From contig NC_068981.1 in the NCBI RefSeq assembly GCF_001194135.2, positions 138,978,323 through 139,042,322 of the forward strand: DNA of 64,000 nt, read 5' to 3'. Both the position numbers and the translations under genes were made by a program. This stretch comes from Octopus bimaculoides. Lineage: Eukaryota. The notes under the pieces were generated by a model, which did not search any database, was not told the origin of the DNA, and was given only the letters and a program-made list of their open reading frames with translations. Positions 22,601 to 34,000 of this stretch are shown here, one piece after another (the first letter of the stretch is position 1; each line of letters starts with the position of its first letter).

Positions 22601-25388
22601 TAATTATGAACATAGAAAGAAATTATACATTAATCCCTATTTTTGTAAGCAGTTGTATCTGTAAAAATTTTATTTGCAGAGAGCAAAAATTGAAAGAAGA
22701 TATATGAAATGGACGTGTGTGTATGTGCGTGTGTGTGCGCACATGCACACTTGCGTGGGTGTATGCTTATGATAGCTGATTTATGGAAAAGATTATTAAA
22801 TTTTTGAAATGCAAATATGTAAATGACAATTAAGTTCAGATCTCTACATAGTAGCTAGACCTGGTAGAAATAGCAGCCAAATCTCCCTCAAAACACCCTA
22901 CTGTCTTAATCTGACAATTCTGCCTATTATGTAGTTTGAATGAGAAACTGTAACTAAAGATTAAGATTATTAACTCCACAAAGAGGTGAAAGAGAGATAG
23001 CATAGCGAAAGTTTTGGCTGACTGTCATCCTGTATTCCCCATGTTGCTAGCGAAATGGTATATGCTGGCTGTGAGCAACTGGTTGTTTTAATGGCGGAAG
23101 AAACAGGAGAATTCCATTAGAAAAAGTGTTAATCAATTTTCTCGGTAAGTATGGGGGCTAGGAAAAAAATACAAACCGCATTCCAATCTATGCACCCGTC
23201 TCCACATGTGTGCCATTTTTCACGCGAATCCACCCAGCCATTTGGCTGTGAACCTCAAGACAAGAAAGAATACAACGATCACCCATGTCCAATTTATATT
23301 ATAGATTTAGAATTTTCCTCATCAATAAGGGTTAAACAATTCTTACTTGATCGGTCAACAATTTTCTTCTGGTTCTTGAAAAGTTCTGGAGATGCCAGAC
23401 TGATAATTTGATAATTTGACATCCAAAAAGAAGTGATAGAACCATACTGCTTATGTATATTGATCAGAAATTCATGAAGACTTCCAGAGCGAATAATGTC
23501 AGCCAAATTTCCATCTCTGTAAAATAAGAGGGTTTAGTCATTTACATTATTAAAACATCATTAATTTTTTTAAAGTTCAAATCGGAAGAGAAAAATAGAA
23601 AAGACATGACATATTATGGATATTATGTCAAGAAATAGGAAACGACTACATCATTTTTCTTCACATCAATAAAACCTAAAAACTAAATTCTGTATGAATT
23701 AAAATCTGGCATACTAGATTTTTATTCAGCCAGGTGGCTATTCACAATATTAGCATTTTATTCATCTTTCTCTATATCAAAGACAAAGATTTCTCATTCA
23801 AGCATGTTAGGGAATAGAGATATAAAGTTGTTGAATTATGATCGTCAAAAGAAAAAATGTCTACTATCATTTTATCAATTATATTTTGTTCTTTTAGTAG
23901 TTACAGTTTCTCTTTATTAAAAGATATGTCCATAAGAGATGTTACTGCAATAACTGACCTCTCAACAGTGTATATACCTTAGGTATGATACATAGATAGC
24001 TATTTTACATTCTGTAAATCACTTCGTTCACATGCCTCATATAAATTTCATTTGGAAAAAAATCCCTTTTCTACTCAATGCAAGTAGCACCTCTTCAAGT
24101 GGTTTAACTAACACAATTAAGCCACTGAAGTAGCATCTCTATAAACAATGAAACAACTTACAAATAAGTAGCAGAATTCCATACAAACCTCTACAATCTT
24201 TCTTTTCAAGGTCATATTTTAATTTAGATACACCATTTGTTACAAATTATTTCATAAATAAACAAGTATTTGGTAAAATATCTTTTTTACCTCTGCCTTA
24301 GTGAAGGCACAGGTGTTGTTTGCAGTCATGTTTGTTTCTTTGTTTGTCCGTGGACAAGATATCTCAAGAACTGCTGGATGGATTCAGATGAAACTTTCAG
24401 GGATGTTTGGCCTCGTGACTGGCACAAACTGATTAGATTTTAGGATTGATCTGGTACTGGATAAAGATTCTGGATTATTTTCCCTTTTTTACTTAATTTT
24501 TGAGAGCAGTCCAGTTCAATTTTAGTATTCTCATTTGTGAGAGCAGTCGAGTTTATTTCAGATATTCTCATTTTAAAAATCATCTCTGGCTAATCGTTGA
24601 GAGGACGTTAGTGTTGCCTTGGCAGAGGTCTGTGCTCTCTGAGCACTCTTGTTATTATTAAACCAGTGTTTGGAACATGAAGTAAGAGTGAACTGCTTAA
24701 GCAAGATACCTACAAAAGAGCTAACACAAAGAATGTTATAAATTCTAAGCCTTATGATACTATTTGTTCTTTTACATGTTTTTCCATATTTCCATGGATT
24801 GGACCAGAGGTTCTCAACCATTTTATATCTATGGACCCTTTTGATTACTAGTTTATTCAGGTGGACCCCCACAGCCATTCTATATTAAAAAAACAAGTTT
24901 TATAGAAACTTCTTTCAAAATTCCTATTTTGTTTTTCACACATTAACTTATCTAAGTTGAACTATGTAAAACGTTAGAGAAAAAAACCTAGCTATTTCTT
25001 GCAAATCATACCAATATATGCATCTAAAACAACATCTTTTCAGAGGCCCTTAAAATTCTATTGTGGATTCCCAATTTACTATTTTGCTGTATGGACCCCC
25101 AAAAATCTTACATGGACCTTCAGGGGCCATATGGACCCCAGTTGAGAACCAGTGGGTTAGACAGATACTTATTGAAGTATCTTATTTTTGCCTTTAGATA
25201 CAGGGCTAAAGTAAATTTTCACAGGAGTGGCTGTGTGGTAAGTAGCTTGCTTACCAACCACATGGTTGCGGGTTCATTCCCACTGCGTGGCACCTTGGGC
25301 AAGTGTTTTCTACTATAACCTCGGGCCGACCAAAGCCTTGTGAGTGGATTTGGTAGACGGAAACTGAAAGGAGCCCGTCGTATATATG

Positions 25389-25423
<35 letters not shown>

Positions 25424-27966
25424 ATATGTTTGTGTGTCTGTGTTTGTCCCCCTAACATCGTTTGACAAACGGTGGTGGTGTGTTTACGTCCCCGTAACTT
25501 AGCGGTTTGGCAAAAGAGACCAATAGAATAAGTACTAGGCATCCAAAGAATAAGTCCTGGGGTCGATTTTCTCGACTAAAGGCGGTGCTCCAGCATGGCC
25601 GCAGTCAAATGACTGAAACAAGTAAAAGAGTAAAGAGAGTAAAGAGTACAGTAATTCCCCATTCCCACTGAACAGACAGGAATATTCTTGTATATTTTTT
25701 TCATAAAACAACAAAAATGAACATACTGTTTGGAAGACGGTTCAAGTCCCAGGATTGTAGTTGGCCGTCTTGAACCCTAAAAAGAGAATTTTAAAAAATA
25801 TTTAAATATAAAGATATAAAACAAACGAAAAAAACATTTTCTTGCTGATGCCAGATGTGCATTACAACTTTCCATCCTTGATGTTCAACCCCAGGTCAGC
25901 ACTGACCAAACAAACCTATGAACAAAGACACTGCAGCTGAGAAGGCACTGGTTATATTTTAGGTGCAGTCTTGGCTGTGTGGTTAAGAAGTTTGCTTGCA
26001 ACCATGTGGTTTCGGGTTCAGTCCCACTGTGTGGAATCTTGGACAAGTGTCTTCTACTATAATCATGGACCAACAAAAGCCTTGTGAGTGGATTTGGCAG
26101 ACGGAAGCTGAAAGAAGCCCATTCTATAAATGTGTGTGTGCATGTGCACGCACGCACGCGTGCGTTTCCGTGTGTTTGTTCCCCCACCACCACCACCACC
26201 ACTTGACAAACTGGTGTTAGTATGTTTACATTCCCATAACTTAGCAGTTCAGCAAAAGGGAATGATAGAATAAGTACCAGGCTTTAAAAAATTAAGTACT
26301 GGGGTCAATTCATTCGACTAAAATTCTTCAAAGCAGTGCCCCAGCATGACCACAGTCTAATGACTAGAACAAAAGATAATGTAAGAAAGATATAGTTGTC
26401 TTTTTTTTTTTTTTAAAGATAGAGAATGATTTGAGGGAAATTTGGCTTCTATTTCAAGCAGATTAAGCAACCACCAAAAAGTTTTCTTTGGCTCATCTCA
26501 CCTTATCATCATCATCATTTAACGTCCACTTTCCATGCTAGCATGGGTTGGACAGTTTGATTGAGGGCTGGCAAGCCAGAAGGTTGTACCAGGCTCCAGT
26601 CCAATCTGGCAAAGTTTCTACAGCTGGATGCCCTTCCTAACACCAACCACTCTGAGAGGTAGTTTTGCTAATTAAGTGTAACAAAACTAACACATACTGC
26701 TACTACATGTTACACAATACTCTCAAATTTTTTCAAATGATGCCATCCCCATGACTTGCATATCTTCATCATCATCATCATTTAACATCTGTCTCCATGC
26801 TGACATGGGCTAGACGGATTGACAGGAGCTGACAAACCAGGGGACAGCGCTTACCCCCACAATGTCNNNNNNNNNNGTCTATATTGACATGGTCTTTACA
26901 ACAGGATGCCTTTCCTAATGTTAGGAGCATTTTTTTTTTTTTTTTTTGAATTAGACTGGGGCCACAATTTCACATATCTGTACTCCGAAACAAAACATTG
27001 CTTAAATTAGCCCCTGAAACACATAACCAACTTATGACCCAACTAAGAAGCATCCAGAAGTCTTTGCACAATTGCTAGACCTCCAAGAAATATCACCAAA
27101 ATCTTTCTCAACACCCTACCATCTTGAAAAAGAAAACAATAATATAGTGCAACATTTATATCCCTGAAAAGGCAGGATAGTTAAGGCTAGAATGATTGTC
27201 ATCATAGGTTTGTTAAGCCAGGGACAGCTTGAACTTAAACATTATGTTAGAAAGAGGCAGAAGACATATGCATGCAGGATGGTGTATTCCTAGATGCATT
27301 GCACCTTGATCCTCAATTATTCAGATTATTATGTCAAAAGTAGTGATTATTTATTCATATTGTTCAGAAATTAATCATACATTATTTCATACTTTGGAAA
27401 TTTCAATGACGTGGTTGTGTATTTTTTAGAATGACATTTTTTAGAATGCCACTCCTCGCATGGGGCAGGCACTCCTCGCGTGGGGCAGGCATTCCTTGCA
27501 TGGGACAGGCACTCCTCGCGTGGGACAGGCACTCCTCGCCTGGGGCAGGCACTCCTCGCGTGGGACAGGCACTCCTCACGTGGGACAGGCACACCTTGTG
27601 TGGAACAGGCACTCCTTGCGTGGAACCAGTACTGGTGCTTCTTAGAAGGTGTGAGAGGCCAGATCTGGCTGGTTTGAATTTAAAACAAGTAAAATACTTG
27701 GACCAGAAAATATTCTAACAGTTTAAGTGCTAAGGGGTTAATCATACATTATTCTTTTCTTTTATTTGTTTCAGTCATTTGACTGTGGCCATGCTGGAGC
27801 ACCGCCTTTTTAGTCGAACAAATCGACCCCAGGACTTATTCTTTGTAAGTCTAGTACTTATTCTATCGGCCTCTTTTGGCGAACCACTAAGCTACAGGGA
27901 CGTAAACACACCAACATCAGTTGTCAAACAATGGTGGGGGACTAACAGACACATAAACATGTACAT

Positions 27967-28033
<67 letters not shown>

Positions 28034-31000
28034 TACGACGGGCTTCTTTTAGTTTCCGTCTACCAAATCCACTTACAAGGCTTTGGTCAGCCCGAGGCTA
28101 TAGTAGAAGACACTTGCCCAAGGTGCCATGCAGTGGGACTGAACCCAGAACCATGTGGTTGGTAAGCAAGCTACTTACCACACAGCTACTCCTGCACCTG
28201 GCTACTTACCACACAGCCACTGCTGCACCTAATTATCACGTAACTTCAATATTTTGATGATACAATTGTCTCTTTTTAAAATAACATTCTACAATAGGTA
28301 TGGGAAGCTGGATCTGGCTTGTTTGAACATAAAACAGGTAGAATCTTTGGGCCAGATATGGCCATTTTAAATGCAGAAGGGTTAAACAAAGACAAGATGA
28401 TCCCAGCTTGAACAGCTTACAGATCTGCTAAATAGAGACTGAAATGGGACTAAATAAGCAGTAACAAAACCAACGTGAATTAGATGAAACTGGTTCGTGA
28501 GCAGTTGTCATCCTTCACTTGTATGCTTCAAAATCTTGGTCACTTCCTTATTCAAACTGGACTAATATATTGCCAACAAAAAGTAGTGTGTGGCATGGCA
28601 GACTTAGTAGAATGGTGGACAAAATGCTTTGTCGTATTCAGTGATGCCCCATTAAATTTATTTCAGTTGAAATTCTTGCCATACAACCTTTTAAGGGCTG
28701 ATGAAAATGTACTAGGCGAGTACTAAGGTGCTTTGGTTGGTCACAGTTGACTATGAATCTGGACCTGCACCAAGGTGCAGGGTAAGGATTTTGAAGATTA
28801 GCAGTTGCCCAAACATCTAAGATTCTCTTCTTGATAAAATTTTCCAAGAGAAATTCACATCCCTACAGTTCGAAATCAGTGTTGTCTTAGGCATTTCCTT
28901 CAGAACACAGAGAGTAAGAATAGATACTTCATATTCTTCAACGCTAATAATTCAGGCAATCTACTACTTTGAAACTTTTTTTTTTCTTTTCTAATCAATC
29001 TTGACAGGACAACATTCTAATCAAGCCTGAAAGGATAGTAGGTCAGAGCAACACCAAATTCTGCAAGCAATTCCGTATGACTCATTATATACCTCTCCCC
29101 AACAAAATGTGGCCCTGTGCTCTTGTCAGAAATCACAATCTCAAAAACCAACTTAATGCATATTTCCAGCATGCACTAAAAATATCTAAAGAAAATACTA
29201 CAAGACAAAACGGCTGGGTTTTCCATACAGGTTTTTATCAATGCCATCGAGGTGAAGATAGGTGAAGTAGCTTCCACCACATGGCTGCTGCAGCAGCATA
29301 TCGGTTTGGCAATTGCCCAGGATAATGCTGTGTTTTAGTCAGTTGTTGGACAGGGATAAAGAATGAAAACAAATTTCCTAGTTTGGCATTCATACAACCA
29401 AATGAAGTAAAAGTGTTTCAGCATCAACAGGCTGAAAAATAAGTGGAACCAATAATGTGAGTAATATAGAGAGAGGAAAAAAATATTCTGACATTAGCTG
29501 CACTTAAAGAGTGATCAGAGGAATACAGAGGATACGTGAAGACCTTATCTTTGGCACTGTAACAATACTAACATTACTAATGTCTGTCTTTTACTCATTT
29601 CAGACATTGGATGCAGCCACGCTGGGACACTGCCTTGAAGGATTTAGTCAAACAAATTGACCCCAGTACTTTTTTTTTAAGCTTGATATTTGCATGGCTC
29701 AGCAGTTAGAACATCAGGCTCACAATCATGAGGTAGTGAGTTTGATTCCCAGACTGGGCTGTGTGTTGTGTTCTTGAGCAAGACACTATTTCATGTTGCT
29801 CCAGTTCACTCAGCTCTAGAAATGAGTTTCAACATCACTAGTGCAAAGCTGTATCAGCTTTGCCTTTCCCTTGGATAGCATCAATAGCATGGAGAAGAGA
29901 GGCTGACATGCATGAGCGACTGTCGGTCTTCTACAAACAACTTTGTCCAGACTTGTGTCTCGGAGGGGAACTAAGTGCAATCCCATGGTCATTCACAACC
30001 GAAGGGGGGTCTTAACTCTATATTTTTTTACTTATTCTATTGATCTTTTTTGCTGAACCACTAAGTTACAGAGCTGTAAACAAACCAACAGCAGTTACCA
30101 AATGCCAATGGGGGACAAGCACAAACACACAAACATGACTGGTTTCTTCCAGTTTTTGTCTACCAAATCCACACACAAGGCTTTGGTTGGCCCAGGGCTA
30201 TAGTAGAAGGCACTTGCCCAAGGTACCATATAGTGAGACTGAACCAGGAACCATGTGGTTGGGAAGCAAATCTCTTACTACATAGCTATGCCATGGAAAT
30301 TTATAATTTTTTTTATTGTCTATGCCATCTTTTTTCTATGCTGTCATGCATTAAACAAGATTTCTTGAGACAGTATTTAAAGATGAGTACTCTTTCTAAT
30401 ATCAGCCCATATTTACAAGTAAGATTTTGTAATACTTAACATCTCAAACTGCTGGACTTTGTGTGAGGCATAAATCACTACTGTTCAACAAGTACATCAT
30501 TTTAACATCAACTTTTCAATGCCTGCATGGGTCAGATGGAATTCACTGAAGTATGTTTTTCTACTACCAGATGCCTTTCCAGTTACCAACCCCTCCGCCC
30601 TGTTTCTATGCAAAGAAATAATCCCCTAGTCTATCAAGCAACAAACAGCCCAGACACAAGTTATGAGTCTTTTTGTGTATAAAGATCAAACAATATGTCA
30701 AGATGCTCAGACATGCTTTCATGAATATCTGAAGCATATGACTTTGCCTATATTCAATATTCAGTAGTGAGGTTATTGTCTTGTTTATGGTTAATTGTTG
30801 GCACTCCGTCGCTTACGACGTCGAGGGTTCCAGTCGATCCAATCAACGGAACAGCCTGCTCGTGAAATTAACGTGCAAGTGGCTGAGCACTCCACAGACA
30901 CGTGTACCCTTAACGTAGTTCTCGGGGATATTCAGCGTGACACAGTGTGACAAGGCTGACCCTTTGAATTACAGGCACAACAGAAACAGGAAGAAAGAGT

Positions 31001-34000
31001 GAGAGAAAGTTGTAGTGGAAGAGTACAGCAGAATTCGCCACCATCCCCCTGCCAGAGCCTCGTGGAGCTTTAGGTGTTTTCGCTCAATAAACACTCACAA
31101 CGCCTGGTCTGGGAATTGAAACCGCGATCCTATGACCGCGAGTCCGCTGCCCTAACCACTGGGCCATTGCGCCTACACTTATGGTTAATGAACATGTGTA
31201 AAACAAGGAGAAAATACAAACCATACAAACATACATATTTAAACATATATGACAGACTTCTTCATTTCCTGCTTCCTATTTTCATGCACACAGATTCGTT
31301 AACATGTGGCTATAATACAGAATGTTCATCGGCAATATTCACATAGTTAACTGGATTCTCTGCATTCTGTGCCCACATTTTGCCAAAATGCAGCATCACA
31401 GTTTGTACACAAGCAGTGGATAATCTCATCTTTGTTCAAAGCGAATCCCCTTGTTGACAGATGCCATAAGCCCCAGAACTTTTTCCATGTCTTATTCTAG
31501 CTACTTTTTCCATCTTATTCAAGCTACTATGCTTTCCAAGTACCTTTGTACAGAAGCTACCAAAAATTGATATGGAACATTCTGAGCAGTGGAATTATCT
31601 TACTGGTACTCTTATTGATAACTAAGTCTGTCGTCTGCTACAAAGTGTTTATTCATTATCAGTTTGCCTTTGATTCCACTGAATACATTATTTGCAATTA
31701 CTACCTACTTCTTTTCTGTGTATTGTGCACAGCATTTCTCTGATGGCAGCAGGTTTCATCTCAATTCTAGTTTTTGTTTACCAATCACTTTACAGAGTGT
31801 ATTGGGTGCTGTTTACATAGCACCGGCACCAGGGCTATTATGTGGCACCAGCATCAGTGCTTTATACGTGGCATTGGCATGGGTGCTATATACATGGAAC
31901 CGGTATGGGTGCTTTTTACATGGCACACACATACGATGTGCACATTTTTCCTCAAAAGAAATCTCAAAAAAAAAATCGATTCTATGTATGAAGTTAGGCC
32001 TATATTATACGTTTTAATGCACAAAAAACATTTTAATTCTGAATATGAACTGCTGAAATTGGGCTATATCTAATGAATCCAGGTAAGAAAAAAGTTACAG
32101 GAAAGTAAGTTAGAGGGGTTTTGTCCAGATCCCATAAATTAATTGTGACTTTTTCTCTGTGACTTTATTACCGGTCACCCTATCTAATATGAGTGTACGT
32201 CTTTTATGCCATCAAATAAGGCATTTTTGATGTCAAAAAAGACTAGTCGAGGTCTTGTGTTGGAAAAACTGATTTAGTAAAGTCCACTAATATTTGAGGG
32301 GACACCAAAAAGGATTTACAGCAATAAGCAAACTAAATAATGGTTTTACATGTTGGCACAGGGCTAGCAGTCTTTGAGGGGAAGGAAAGTCGATTACACT
32401 GACTTGCTCTGTTTTGGACTGGTACTTATTTTATCGACCTCGAAAGAATGAGAGGTAAAAGTCGACCGCGACGTAATTCTGATAAGCACTTTGTCCGGCG
32501 TGCTAACGGTTCTGCAGCTTACTGTCTTAACACAAAGAAACTAAATAAATTGTGCAATGGCACTTAGTTTATTTCCGGTGATTAGTCATTTATTCCTATT
32601 TGTTATCGTTTAGTCCAGGACAACACCCAACGATCAATAGCATTCTAGCTGTAACCACCGTCTTTTTCAATAAGCAACACACCGTTAAGAAAAATTAAAC
32701 TGGTGGTGTGTGTTAAATATAAATAAGTTTGCGGTCGATTGTGTAATCCGAAATGGAGAAGAGATTTAAAAAATTGAATTTGTAATATGTTTTCCCATTT
32801 ACAAAATCAAAATGTAATTCAGAAAACAACTTTCGAGAAAGTTAAAAAAAAGTTACAACCGGTCTAGGACTACGAAACGAGAGTAGGGAGAGCTAACAAA
32901 AAATACAAATTGATTTCTTCTTTCCGTAAAACTCACAATATTTGATGTTTAAAACAGACATTTAAAGAAAATTTTTTTAAATGGAAAAAATATAACTGGG
33001 TGGAGCACTAAATCAAAACACCACCCATATTTTTATCATTAGACAGAGTGCGATTCGAACAAGATTTAGCTACTAATTATAACAGGTCAAATCACTGCAT
33101 CCCTTCGTTGGTGATAATAAACAAGGGCGTTGCTTAGCCCCTAATAGTGCAGACCTTTAATCGGGTACATTCAAGCCATCACCCTCTCAGCATTTTTCTT
33201 TCATGCATAGTGGACATTATCCAATGTGTCTTTTTAAAATAGTTGGGTATCATTTGTGTATGTGAGAGAGAGAGATGATTATTTCTAGCATATCAGATGA
33301 TCATGTACAGGCTCCCACGTTAACGTGAGATACATGACTTCTAAAGCAAATTCCCAAATTTAGAGAGCTCTGGCGATCATATTAAGGCAGCGAGCCGGCA
33401 GAATTGTTATCAAGCCGAACAAAATGCTAAGCGGTATTTCGTCCGTCTTTACGTTGAGTACAAATGCCGCCGAGGTTGACTTTGCCTTTCATTCTTTCGA
33501 GATCGATAAAATAAGTACTAGTCAAGTACTTGTGCCTATCTATAGTAGAAAGGATGGTAATCTTCAAGTTTAGGGGGATAAAAAAATAAATAAAAATATT
33601 CAAGGGAAGTAACTGAACGTCTTACCAGTATTCTCCGTACATCTCTGTTTATAAATAAATTACACACGTGATTTGATTGACGTTAGGGTTAGGATTAGGG
33701 TGTGATTTATTTATAAACAGCTAGAAGAAAACGGATAATACTGGTAAGTCGTTCAGTTATTTCCCTTGAATATTTTTATTTATTTTTTTTACCCCCCTAA
33801 ACNNNNNNNNNNNNNNNNNNNNNNNNNNNNNNNNNNNNNNNNNNNNNNNNNNNNNNNNNNNNNNNNNNNNNNNNNNNNNNNNNNNNNNNNNNNNNNNNNN
33901 NNNNNNNNNNNNNNNNNNNNNNNNNNNNNNNNNNNNNNNNNNNNNNNNNNNNNNNNNNNNNNNNNNNNNNNNNNNNNNNNNNNNNNNNNNNNNNNNNNNN

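Noticed and set aside
23000-23300. GC-richer patch beside CYP20 exon 3 (ORF 23151..23411)
   Set aside because: No recognisable protein in any frame; likely an old repeat relic
31085-31175. tRNA gene
   Set aside because: The tRNA-like head continues into a SINE body, and no complete acceptor stem is evident
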